A DNA stretch of 40,163 bases from a virus (taxonomy: Duplodnaviria > Caudoviricetes), in the IMG/VR virus record IMGVR_UViG_3300029179_000011, positions 1 through 40,163 of that record; one strand, written 5' to 3'. The stretch's first letter is position 1; the number at the start of each line of letters is the position of its first letter. A model generated the notes under the pieces. It did not search any database and was not told where the DNA came from. It worked only from the letters and a program-made list of their open reading frames with translations. The translations under genes and the position numbers were made by a program. Shown here piece by piece: positions 27,125 through 35,121 of this stretch.

Positions 27125-27398
27125 TCGAATTAAAGATCAGCTGGTACTCACTCATAATGCTCTCAAGCCCACAGCTGAAGTATGGGATGGGCACAAGGAG
27201 ATGTATAAGCTCATAAAGTTAATGTTCAACTACATGGAGAAGAACGTGGATAAACAGATCAAGAAGGTCGAAAAGGACGTAGTCAAGGGTAATAAGCCTA
27301 AGGCTAAGAAGGAGATCAAGAAGCTTCTTAAGATGGATAAGAAGTTCGATAAGAAGCTGGATGAGTGCAAAGACATGAAACACAAGGAGAAAAAATAA
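27093..27398 (+). CDS. Lys-rich hypothetical protein
   Basis: GGAGG RBS; very basic C-terminal half. Confidence 0.6.
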   Translation: MSLKNQSSISNRIKDQLVLTHNALKPTAEVWDGHKEMYKLIKLMFNYMEKNVDKQIKKVEKDVVKGNKPKAKKEIKKLLKMDKKFDKKLDECKDMKHKEKK

Positions 27399-27604
27399 TG
27401 ATGATGGAAGAGTACAAAGCGTGGCTTAACGATCCAGAAAATAATAGCTCGCTTGGGCAGGAAGACTCTCCAGATAATTTCTCTATCTTTTTCCAAAACC
27501 ACTGTGTGGGGAAGGGATTTATGATAATGCTATCGGATCTAGCATATCAGATTTACGAATTACAGGTAATTGTCGAAGGATTAATAGAAGATCAAGATCA
27601 ATAA
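27398..27604 (+). CDS. Hypothetical protein
   Basis: TAATG coupling with AAGGAG RBS. Confidence 0.6.
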   Translation: MMMEEYKAWLNDPENNSSLGQEDSPDNFSIFFQNHCVGKGFMIMLSDLAYQIYELQVIVEGLIEDQDQ

Positions 27605-27625
27605 ATTATAATTATAGGCAATAAA

Positions 27626-27940
27626 ATGAGAATAGAAAACTTTCAAAAGATCGACAAAGACGGCAGTGCATTAAAGGCAAGTTTTATGGTTGTAATCCCT
27701 GAGTGGGACTTCAACATCGCGATGACTTACTTTCGTAAAAGTGATGGGAGCACTTGGTTTGGGTATCCTAGTAGAGAATATCAAAACCAGGCTGGAGAGA
27801 AGAAATATAAATGGCTCGCCTTCTTCGGAGAGAAAGGGCGTCCCAGGTTCGAAAAGACATTAAAAGAAGAATTAAAGAAACATTTGGAAATTTCTGAGCC
27901 GAAGGATGTGGACTGGAGCGCTCAAGACATTCCATTTTAA
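27626..27940 (+). CDS. SpoVG-like / ssDNA-binding protein
   Basis: LKA.F.V......I......DG..W...PSR.Y....GEKKY pattern and an SSB-like acidic DIPF C-terminus. Confidence 0.65.
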   Translation: MRIENFQKIDKDGSALKASFMVVIPEWDFNIAMTYFRKSDGSTWFGYPSREYQNQAGEKKYKWLAFFGEKGRPRFEKTLKEELKKHLEISEPKDVDWSAQDIPF

Positions 27941-27948
27941 GGAGCTAT

Positions 27949-28140
27949 ATGACCCATTCAGTATTAACAGTGATATGTAAAGGAGAGGATTGGACTTTTC
28001 GAAAGAAGTTCAACCTCTACGATGAGTATAAAAATGACGAGAACGATCCCGTAGTAGCCGAGTGCATTAAGGCAGCTACGGACTGTGTTAAAGACACACC
28101 AGATGATGTGGAGTTTAAGACATCGAAGGTAGTGCAATAA
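27949..28140 (+). CDS. Hypothetical protein
   Basis: 63 aa, AAGGAG RBS. Confidence 0.65.
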   Translation: MTHSVLTVICKGEDWTFRKKFNLYDEYKNDENDPVVAECIKAATDCVKDTPDDVEFKTSKVVQ

Positions 28141-28145
28141 CTTTG

Positions 28146-28365
28146 CCCTGGCTCTTCCGAATCCTTACGCCAAGTGTAAGGGATCTAGATGTAGGAGAGC
28201 TGGGGAGTGAAAATCCTGGGGTGGTGAAACAGGGACTGGAGTTCCGGTCGACTCAGGCGGTGCACGCGCCATCGCAGCCTTCCACAGCAAGCGCGTCCTT
28301 TTTTACCAGGAGTAGGAAAGCTAAAAAGGCTGCGCGGAGCCAGCCTGGCAAATCCGCGATTTTTT
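28146..28365 (+). ncRNA. Candidate structured non-coding RNA (multi-stem, GC-rich)
   Basis: Several nested stems, many using G-U pairs on the plus strand; ends in a hairpin plus T-run; the overlapping ORFs lack an RBS. Confidence 0.45.
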
Positions 28366-28639
28366 GATGAATGATATTGAACATTACAGAGATTGGTATG
28401 ACATGTGGTTGCTCGAGGATGAGATTAGCTATCACATGAGTCTATTGGCAGAGAGAGAAAGGGCTTTAATTTATGAGAGATTCTGGCTGAAGAAGACCCT
28501 TGAGGATGCTGGATTGCCATGGAATATAGGGAAGGAACGAGTACGCCAGATTTTGGCTAAGGGAATGCGGCAAATGAGACGAACAATAGAAGCAGAGCGA
28601 GAGAAACATGACAGAAAACTATCCCGCGTGGACGTGTAA
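28364..28639 (+). CDS. Sigma70 region 4-like HTH protein
   Basis: L.ERER.LI..RF...KTLED.G..W.I.KERVRQI.AK.MR.MR. Confidence 0.8.
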   Translation: MMNDIEHYRDWYDMWLLEDEISYHMSLLAERERALIYERFWLKKTLEDAGLPWNIGKERVRQILAKGMRQMRRTIEAEREKHDRKLSRVDV

Positions 28640-28814
28640 GGAGTGCGCATTAACTTATGGTGGACGTTATCCCCAAAATCATATTAGTAGTTGGCATATG
28701 GGCACTTGTGATGTCTGTAAACTTGAGAAGGCTGTTACTCAACCGAGGGATTTCTGCTACCCGAAATATCCAATGGAGAGACGTGATGCAGATAAGCAAA
28801 AAGGATCACAGTAA
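28608..28814 (+). CDS. Small Cys-rich (zinc-finger-like) protein
   Basis: CKEC...H.G.CDVC......T.PRDF. Confidence 0.65.
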   Translation: MTENYPAWTCKECALTYGGRYPQNHISSWHMGTCDVCKLEKAVTQPRDFCYPKYPMERRDADKQKGSQ

Positions 28815-28971
28815 GAAGAAGCCCACTAAAGATGAAGGTCACTGGGAAGGAAAATATTGGTGCAATTGCAGAATTCGAAATTTCAGGAGATACCTTGGGA
28901 AGAAAAAATATGGGACGGCCCTTGAGGAAATTAAAGAGTTCAAAGCCAATGACGATAGACGAGATCAATGA
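28786..28971 (+). CDS. Hypothetical protein
   Basis: Likely ATG 28786 after GGAG. Confidence 0.5.
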   Translation: MQISKKDHSKKKPTKDEGHWEGKYWCNCRIRNFRRYLGKKKYGTALEEIKEFKANDDRRDQ

Positions 28972-29104
28972 AGCCTGTGAGATTGAAGAGATCCAATCGG
29001 CTCTCTTCAAGCCTATCAGTAAGTATATTAAAAAATATGGAATCCAAAGAGTTTTAAGTGCTTTGGATTGGTTTGATGAACGATTAAAGCAGGAAACGCA
29101 ATGA
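28949..29104 (+). CDS. Hypothetical protein
   Basis: MTIDEINEACEIEEIQSALFKPISKYIKKYG...; ATGA coupling with the next ORF. Confidence 0.5.
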   Translation: MTIDEINEACEIEEIQSALFKPISKYIKKYGIQRVLSALDWFDERLKQETQ

Positions 29105-29217
29105 ACGAGCAGTTCTGGGAAAAGGTATACGAGAAGGCCGAAATGAATCGTCTTTTTATTCAATTACTTAAAGAAGTTATCCCGTCTTACCTAGAATTAC
29201 TGAGTGTGTTAAAATAA
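29101..29217 (+). CDS. Small hypothetical protein (38 aa, not in ORF track)
   Basis: MNEQFWEKVYEKAEMNRLFIQLLKEVIPSYLELLSVLK; AGGA RBS; fills the gap before terS. Confidence 0.5.
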   Translation: MNEQFWEKVYEKAEMNRLFIQLLKEVIPSYLELLSVLK

Positions 29218-29224
29218 AATTTAT

Positions 29225-29716
29225 ATGGAAAACGTAGAAGAAGTCCCAGTTTCTGATGAGAATAGAGAAGCCAATGGCTACTTTAAGAAAGGCCATTCGC
29301 TGGGAGGCCGTCCCCGCCTCTATACTCCAGAGAAACTATCTGAGCTTGCTAAAAGCCTAATCGAGTGGATCGAAGCCGCTCGTAAGAGAAATAAATTCGT
29401 CCTCCTATCTGATTGGTGCTTCAAGGAGCGCTTCCCTCCCTTCCATTTTGCTGAGAATATCGCTCGTAGTGAGGAGTTCAAAGAGGCATATCTATGGGCT
29501 AAGGCGTGGCAAGAGCATGCCGTTGCAAGTGGCGCTCTTAGTAAAGATCTAGACGCCCGATTCTCTCAGTTCTTCCTATCGGTCAATCACGGCTGGAGCC
29601 TTGATAAAGATCGTGAGAATAAGGAAGAAAAGCAAAAGTCTAATCTTGAGAGGATGTCTGACTCTATTATCGATGAAGTCCACTCCAATGATGAGGATTC
29701 TGAGGGTCATGAATGA
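29225..29716 (+). CDS. terS: Terminase small subunit
   Basis: G.FKKG...GGRPR.YT, EF.EAY..AK..QE and F.L...HGW motifs (P22 gp3-like); coupled to terL. Confidence 0.75.
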   Translation: MENVEEVPVSDENREANGYFKKGHSLGGRPRLYTPEKLSELAKSLIEWIEAARKRNKFVLLSDWCFKERFPPFHFAENIARSEEFKEAYLWAKAWQEHAVASGALSKDLDARFSQFFLSVNHGWSLDKDRENKEEKQKSNLERMSDSIIDEVHSNDEDSEGHE

Positions 29717-31038
29717 TAGGCTTCTCATCTAAGCAAAAGCTCTGCTTTGCAAAGTCTTACTCCCGAATCAATATAGCTGAAGGCGCCGTCTCTTCAGGTA
29801 AATCCCACGTCATGATGTACCGGTTTTTGGATGAATTACGCAAAGGCCCAATGGGTGACGGTGTAACCGGATATGATTTTATGATAGGAGGGAAGTCGGA
29901 AACCTCTGTAATTAGGAACGTTCTGCGTCCCTTAGACAAGGAATTAGGAAATATTTTAAGGTATAATCATTCACAGAGGTATTTCGATTTATGGGGTAAC
30001 CGCGTCTATATAGTAGGTGCAAATGACGAAAGAGCCGAAGGTAAAATCCGAGGATGGACATTAGGGGGAGCGCTCATTGATGAAGCCACACTCTCTCCGC
30101 AGAGTTTTTTCAAGATGGCTCTTTCACGTTTACGTATTAATGGCGCTAAGATGCTCGCTACTACAAACCCTGATTCTAAATTTCATTGGTTAAAAACAGA
30201 TTTTTTAGATAAGTTCGCAGATGATCCACAAGAATTGGCAAGTTTTAAGTTTAAACTCGATGATAACCCCTATCTCTCAGATTCATACAAACAATCCCTC
30301 AAAAAGGAATATGCCGGACTCTGGTATAGGCGTTTTATTGAGGGTGAATGGGTGCAGGCAGAGGGCGCTATCTACGACTTCTTTGACCACGACAGGCACA
30401 CTGTCAAGGAAGCCCCTACCTACGCTAAGTACTTCTGTCTCGGTGTCGATTATGGCCAAAAAAATCCTTTCGCCGCAGTGCTCGTCGGATTCAATGACGA
30501 TCACCATCCCGCTATTTGGGTGGAGAAAGAGTACTATTGGGACTCAGTTGCCATGGGATACTCTAAAACAGATGCCGAATATGCGGAAGACCTGCGCAGA
30601 GAGTTCTCCGGATACCCAATCAAGCTTATCTACCTTGACCCTTCAGCTCAGTCTTTCGAGACCGAGCTTAAGCGAGCCAGAATGCCTGTCAAGCAGGCAA
30701 AGAATGACGTCATCGACGGAATCCGATTTGTTGGGACACTTCTGTCTCAAGGGGATCTCGTTATCAAAAGGCAATGCCTCAATCTTCTAAAGGAATTTGA
30801 AAGTTATGTGTGGGACGAAAAATCTATTAGATTGGGAGAGGATAAGCCAATCAAATTACGAGATCACGCTCTGGATGCTCTGCGGTATGTACTTTTCACT
30901 CATTGGGGAAATAAGCATTCTCTAAAAGAGACTACTGCCGAAGATTCCCGTCAGGCTCGTTACAACCAAAACCCGATGGGACAGCAGGGATTCGGGCCGA
31001 ATTCTTGGGGTTGGCAGGTGCAGGGAAGGGGCTTCTAA
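29713..31038 (+). CDS. terL: Terminase large subunit (PBSX family)
   Basis: Walker A GAVSSGKS, LIDEA, TTNPDS..HWLK, DNPYL, GVDYG..NP, DPSA and DHALDALRY. Confidence 0.95.
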   Translation: MIGFSSKQKLCFAKSYSRINIAEGAVSSGKSHVMMYRFLDELRKGPMGDGVTGYDFMIGGKSETSVIRNVLRPLDKELGNILRYNHSQRYFDLWGNRVYIVGANDERAEGKIRGWTLGGALIDEATLSPQSFFKMALSRLRINGAKMLATTNPDSKFHWLKTDFLDKFADDPQELASFKFKLDDNPYLSDSYKQSLKKEYAGLWYRRFIEGEWVQAEGAIYDFFDHDRHTVKEAPTYAKYFCLGVDYGQKNPFAAVLVGFNDDHHPAIWVEKEYYWDSVAMGYSKTDAEYAEDLRREFSGYPIKLIYLDPSAQSFETELKRARMPVKQAKNDVIDGIRFVGTLLSQGDLVIKRQCLNLLKEFESYVWDEKSIRLGEDKPIKLRDHALDALRYVLFTHWGNKHSLKETTAEDSRQARYNQNPMGQQGFGPNSWGWQVQGRGF

Positions 31039-31240
31039 CCCCCCTGGCTAATTCATGCGCATTTCTTATATCGAGTCTTAATCGGCAGATCTCACTATTT
31101 CTTTCATCAAGACGCTCTCTTAAAACTTTATTTTCTCGTCTGGCGTCTTTTGAAACAGCGAAGAACCAACCGGCACAAAGGGCGATCCCTGCGTGCACGA
31201 TCAATGAAAAAGTCCAGATCATCCATGATGTGGAACTCAT
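30932..31240 (-). CDS. Hypothetical protein with N-terminal TM helix and coiled coil
   Basis: Hydrophobic N-terminus then heptad pattern; 3' end overlaps the convergent terL. Confidence 0.45.
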   Translation of the reverse strand: MSSTSWMIWTFSLIVHAGIALCAGWFFAVSKDARRENKVLRERLDERNSEICRLRLDIRNAHELARGVRSPFPAPANPKNSARIPAVPSGFGCNEPDGNLRQ

Positions 31241-31415
31241 TAGAAATTCCAGTCCAGAGTAGTGCTGATCTTAGGCTTGTGTTTGGGTTTGCATCCCTCT
31301 TGGATTTCCCATTCGCATGACGGAGTAATTCCCATATGATTAGGGCAAAGCGCCTGTCTGATTTGAGGAGAACATGAAGTTGCACAGAGTGCTAAAAATA
31401 AAATAGTTAGATATT

Positions 31416-31727
31416 TCATAAGTCCTTTTTTGGGTTAAACGGTCTAGAGCAAATATAGACAGCATGCGGATGAGAGGCACCTTCACCTAGCAGATGCTTC
31501 TGAATGTAGGCCTGAAACTTCAGTGCATCTTCCATTTCGCTAAAAACAGCCAGGATCACGTTCATCACGTTATCTGCTGCCATTCCTACGACATGGACTT
31601 TTACCTCTTCAGTCTCTTTCTCTAGGCCCGTATTGGTTACAGTTTTGATTGGTACATTTTCCATTCTTATCGAGTGCCCATCCACATCTTCCGCATTGTC
31701 CATAATATTCGGCGGCATAATAGCCAT
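31416..31727 (-). CDS. Hypothetical protein (true start probably downstream)
   Basis: C-terminal half looks globular; the 5' part overlaps the upstream gene. Confidence 0.4.
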   Translation of the reverse strand: MAIMPPNIMDNAEDVDGHSIRMENVPIKTVTNTGLEKETEEVKVHVVGMAADNVMNVILAVFSEMEDALKFQAYIQKHLLGEGASHPHAVYICSRPFNPKKDL

Positions 31728-31890
31728 TCCCTAAATAGGAAAGGGATTGTGCAGGCATAAATCCGTCGGGCATATTAAGGAAAATTCCCTCTTCTGTCAC
31801 GTAGACTTTCTCATTAGGCAACGATACGCTAACAGCGTACATTTGGGAGCCAAATAATAGGGTCAGAAAAAGTGATAGGATTTTTTTCAT
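31609..31890 (-). CDS. Small secreted protein with C-terminal Cys4 cluster
   Basis: Signal peptide MKKILSLFLTLLFGSQMYA; CGRCG...C....C; AAGGA RBS. Confidence 0.75.
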   Translation of the reverse strand: MKKILSLFLTLLFGSQMYAVSVSLPNEKVYVTEEGIFLNMPDGFMPAQSLSYLGNGYYAAEYYGQCGRCGWALDKNGKCTNQNCNQYGPRERD

Positions 31891-32015
31891 GTTTCCACTT
31901 CCTTTTTAAGAAAATATTTTTCAGCAAATTCTGGGGAAACGTTAATTAGAATACAAGAAATTTAATCGCACCCAGGGCATAAAGCCCTGGATACTTCTCA
32001 GGGAGGACGATGAAA

Positions 32016-32417
32016 TTATTTAACTTGAGCTGCTTGGGAAGCCTGAACAGCAAGTTCAGCTTTGAGATTGGCTGCACTGGCCTCCTCAATTTCCTTTTGC
32101 TTGCTAGCGAGCGCTTCATTATCCACAGTTGGATTATTAATGTAAGCCCAAGCTTGAACAGGGTAAGACTTAGTAGGATGAGGAAGATCATAATTCCCAT
32201 TAGCATCTCTATAAGTAAGAATGAGGTTAGGCGCAATTTGGCCCATATTACACCATAATACGATCCAGCGATCGGGATTTGGGTGTTCAACGTGGAAGTT
32301 TTTCCATTCTAGTTGAGCTGTTTGGAATGTCATGCGTTTCATGACTTCCTTAGGATCGATATAGGGAGGGTGTTGAGGCTTTTCAAGCTTTTCAACTTTT
32401 TTATCTTGTTTAGTCAT
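32016..32417 (-). CDS. Hypothetical protein (DUF551-like core)
   Basis: W......P......VLW ... VQAWAY; coupled to the upstream gene. Confidence 0.6.
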   Translation of the reverse strand: MTKQDKKVEKLEKPQHPPYIDPKEVMKRMTFQTAQLEWKNFHVEHPNPDRWIVLWCNMGQIAPNLILTYRDANGNYDLPHPTKSYPVQAWAYINNPTVDNEALASKQKEIEEASAANLKAELAVQASQAAQVK

Positions 32418-32670
32418 CTGTTTTGCTCTCTGCTTTTAGTTTTTGTTGGATTGCTTCTAATATCCAAGCGGTGCGCGTCAGAGCAGCCCTTTCCTTCACT
32501 TTCTGATCTACAGCTTCGAAAATGTGATTGGGTATCCTTAAACAGATAGTTTTCCAATCAGGCTTTTCAATTTTAATTTCCATATCGGATTTGACGTGCG
32601 CCCCACCGGCTATATATCTCAGAGTATCCTCAACGTCCTCAAATTTGTCTATTTTTTTGTTTACACCCAT
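32410..32670 (-). CDS. Ribbon-helix-helix centromere-binding partner of ParA (ParG-like)
   Basis: Likely ATG 32670; YIAGGA segment, then WKTICLRIP..IFE.VD.......LTRTAWILEAIQQKL RHH pattern; directly downstream of parA. Confidence 0.75.
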   Translation of the reverse strand: MGVNKKIDKFEDVEDTLRYIAGGAHVKSDMEIKIEKPDWKTICLRIPNHIFEAVDQKVKERAALTRTAWILEAIQQKLKAESKTDD

Positions 32671-32752
32671 ATATGTCTCACATATCTCATTTATATCTTT
32701 ATCATATATTACAACATTCTCGCAAATATATGGCATCATATATGGCATATAT
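32669..32752. repeat. ATAT array with ~11-bp phasing (candidate centromere site 2)
   Basis: ATAT at 32671, 32682, 32693, 32704, 32726, 32738, 32749. Confidence 0.6.
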
Positions 32753-33391
32753 CTCATCAGCAGCCTTCTGATCGCGTTCTTTGCGCTCTAATTCATAAAC
32801 CCCCAATCCTTGAGAAGCCGCATTTCCAAAGGCTTTACGATGGCCGATAAAGGCCTTGATTAGCTTGAAATGAGGACATTCTTCTAGGATTTTGAAGGCC
32901 TCATCATTATCTACTCCGCGGGCATCAGCCTGATTAATACAGACAAGAACCTTCATATTCCGATTGAGGGTAAGAACTCCATCAATTAGCTCTTTGACTT
33001 GGCCAACCGTCCAGACATCGAAGGAACGAGGCTTGAAAGGAATCACAAAGTAGTCGCATATGCATAGAGCTGATCGTTGAGAAGTTGTATCTCGCCCTCC
33101 AGTATCTACGATAATCTCATCATAATCGTTCTTTAGGCGTTTGAGTTGCTCATATAAGAGTTTTCCCCCTAATTTAATGGTAGGAAAACTTAAGGCTTGC
33201 CATTCCCCAAGTTCTTCTACTTTCTGCTTCCAGTGATGATCTCTTTGCTCAGCCCAATCTGAAGCAGATCCCTGTTCGTCAGCATCGACAAGTAAGACTT
33301 TACGGCCTAGATGGGCTAAGACGACAGCCAGGTTAGTGGCCAGGGTAGTCTTGCCTGTTCCACCTTTAATTCCCCCTATGACAACTATCAT
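32702..33391 (-). CDS. parA: ParA/ParF-type partition ATPase (type Ib)
   Basis: Deviant Walker [28 protein letters not shown] and R.AF..A...GLGV.E motifs; no N-terminal HTH. Confidence 0.95.
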   Translation of the reverse strand: MIVVIGGIKGGTGKTTLATNLAVVLAHLGRKVLLVDADEQGSASDWAEQRDHHWKQKVEELGEWQALSFPTIKLGGKLLYEQLKRLKNDYDEIIVDTGGRDTTSQRSALCICDYFVIPFKPRSFDVWTVGQVKELIDGVLTLNRNMKVLVCINQADARGVDNDEAFKILEECPHFKLIKAFIGHRKAFGNAASQGLGVYELERKERDQKAADEIYAIYDAIYLRECCNI

Positions 33392-33393
33392 AC

Positions 33394-33480
33394 ATATCTC
33401 CTGTATATATCCGGTATATATCGGATAATATGATAGAGATATGGGAGATATTTAAGATATGTTAAAGAAAATATTGTCAA
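33394..33480. repeat. ATAT array overlapping the parA promoter (candidate centromere/operator site 1)
   Basis: ATAT at 33394, 33405, 33416, 33428, 33439, 33448, 33457, 33471; TTGACA on the minus strand at 33480-33475. Confidence 0.6.
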
Positions 33481-33529
33481 CAAGATGGTGGTGGAAATTA
33501 GACGACAGATCTTTTTAAAAGATGCATTT

Positions 33530-33648
33530 TTCGTTGCGCCACGGGATTTATGCTAACCCAGCAACCCTCCATATAACCCAGTGTGTGCCTCCCCACGGGG
33601 GCCGAATTAAGGAGCAACGGCCACGCCTCATCCTTTGCCTAGGATGGA
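33530..33648. other. GC-rich structured intergenic element (ncRNA or DNA signal)
   Basis: Stems CGTTGC/GCAACG, GGCCG/CGGCC, CCCC-ACG-GGGG, TGCT/AGCA and CATCCT/AGGATG within about 120 nt. Confidence 0.35.
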
Positions 33649-33917
33649 TGAATCTTTTTGTAAATATTCTCTATTATAGGACATATTTTCATTATTCCTA
33701 TACAGGCTAATACCCCGTATCCTATAACAAAGATAAATTCTCCTGGATTTTGCATCATATTAGGCAATAAAAATTGACCTGAATAGCCGACAGCAATTAT
33801 AGAGCCTATAATGGCCATCACACTACTAATAAATGTAATGGCATCAAGTCTTAAGGAAGGACTCTTTTTCAAGTCCTCCCAAAAAATTCCACACCCTTTT
33901 TGGATATCTGAGATCAT
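33639..33917 (-). CDS. Small two-TM membrane protein
   Basis: Likely ATG 33917 (ATGA coupling); two hydrophobic segments. Confidence 0.6.
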   Translation of the reverse strand: MISDIQKGCGIFWEDLKKSPSLRLDAITFISSVMAIIGSIIAVGYSGQFLLPNMMQNPGEFIFVIGYGVLACIGIMKICPIIENIYKKIHPS

Positions 33918-34204
33918 AAAATGGTGCAAAATCCTATAACTGCGCCACCAGCAGCCAAAACTCCTGCGCCTGCACCGCCCATCGGAGCTCCAATTAGAGC
34001 ACCAGTTCCTGTCCACAGAGCTACACGAGCTACTTTTTGTGCACATGTTTTTGTAGGGCCAAAATAACATGAACCTAAGCAGGCCACGTCATTATGGTCT
34101 AAACGTAGGTTTTCTTCTTCGCTAGAGTCATAATCTTTTATTTTTGTCTCAGTATAAGTCCTTCCACCCCCTCGATAAGTGGTAGACTCCAATCTAAATG
34201 CCAT
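33914..34204 (-). CDS. Glycine-zipper membrane protein
   Basis: AAGGAG RBS; C-terminal TGTGALIGAPMGGAGAGVLAAGGAVIG. Confidence 0.7.
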   Translation of the reverse strand: MAFRLESTTYRGGGRTYTETKIKDYDSSEEENLRLDHNDVACLGSCYFGPTKTCAQKVARVALWTGTGALIGAPMGGAGAGVLAAGGAVIGFCTIL

Positions 34205-34826
34205 CTCTAACTCCTTTTATTTCTCTTTCCAAATACCATACGGCCTTCTTAAGGTCTTCATTGATAAGTCCTTTTTTGCCTGCACGGAGGATATACTTGA
34301 TAGCATTGCCCAGATTAAAACCCAAGTCGAAGTCTTCGATTATATCGATAACTTCGAATTTATGTCCTTGGTAGTGCTTTGGATGGTCAACCTTTTCCTC
34401 TTTATTTTCGGGATTTTGATAATTTGGAATGGTGATTATGCCCTGAGATACTAACAATTTTAAATTGGAATATACTGTGCTCCATTGCTTATATCCGCGC
34501 TCTCCACAAGAATACAGAAGCCATCCTACGTACATAGGAGGTAAATCTTTCAGTTTTACCCCACTATGTTTTCCGAAAGGCATAATAAAGTCTTTTGAGG
34601 CCTCTATGTCACTCGGATTTTCAGCAGGTGGATAAGCAATATTATATTTATTTTTTAATCTTGTAATTGTACTTTCTACATCCGCTGGTGGAAATTCTCC
34701 TACGGCAGTTATAGCACCACTTGTTTTTTTCTTTTTAGTGATTGCAGTTCTAATTTTTTGTTTTTCCATAGTTTTGCACCTACATTCTAAAGCGTGTTCT
34801 CCGCACTTATCACATTGACCACACAT
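34194..34826 (-). CDS. Fusion protein: MPFGKH-motif domain plus DUF3310 domain
   Basis: MPFGKH.G..L.DLP..YV.WL, then VDHPKHY...EVIDIIE.....FNLGNAIKYILRAGKK....EDLKKA.WYL. Confidence 0.8.
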   Translation of the reverse strand: MCGQCDKCGEHALECRCKTMEKQKIRTAITKKKKTSGAITAVGEFPPADVESTITRLKNKYNIAYPPAENPSDIEASKDFIMPFGKHSGVKLKDLPPMYVGWLLYSCGERGYKQWSTVYSNLKLLVSQGIITIPNYQNPENKEEKVDHPKHYQGHKFEVIDIIEDFDLGFNLGNAIKYILRAGKKGLINEDLKKAVWYLEREIKGVRDGI

Positions 34827-34828
34827 AA

Positions 34829-35107
34829 TTATTCGTAGATAGTATCTTCGGTTAGTCTTAAATGCTTAAACACCATCCAACGATCTTCAGGATTGGCTTG
34901 ATGAGTACTCCCATGTTCGGTTACCCAATCTAAATTTTTGTATGGGGACTTTTCTTCTTCATAAGGGGACTGATTAATTTCTAAACGGGCAATTGTGTAT
35001 TTCCTATTTCTCTTCCTCCAAACCAAAACTAAAGATCCATAAATCGGTTCTTCGGATTGTAATAGATTCCATTCATCCATGTAGCTATGTTCTTTTATGG
35101 TGACCAA
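34829..35107 (-). CDS. Hypothetical protein (DUF551-like)
   Basis: EW......P.....VLVW........A ... RWM.F. Confidence 0.6.
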   Translation of the reverse strand: MVTIKEHSYMDEWNLLQSEEPIYGSLVLVWRKRNRKYTIARLEINQSPYEEEKSPYKNLDWVTEHGSTHQANPEDRWMVFKHLRLTEDTIYE

Positions 35108-35121
35108 CGCCTATAGTCCTT

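Noticed and set aside
28146-28365. tRNA, tmRNA, SRP RNA or hammerhead identity for the structured region
   Set aside because: No TTCRA T-loop with a cloverleaf, no SRP helix-8 motif and no CTGATGA/GAAA core
28143-28435. ORFs 28143..28367 (+) and 28253..28435 (-)
   Set aside because: Weak starts, no RBS and atypical composition; the region is better explained by RNA structure
32671-32757. N-terminal [10 protein letters not shown] extension of the RHH gene
   Set aside because: A translation of the ATAT array overlapping parA; ATG 32670 is the more plausible start
33530-33648. HDV-like (theta) ribozyme or tRNA; also the 62-aa plus-strand ORF at 33522
   Set aside because: I could not build the nested double pseudoknot or a cloverleaf on either strand; the ORF has no RBS and opposes the operon
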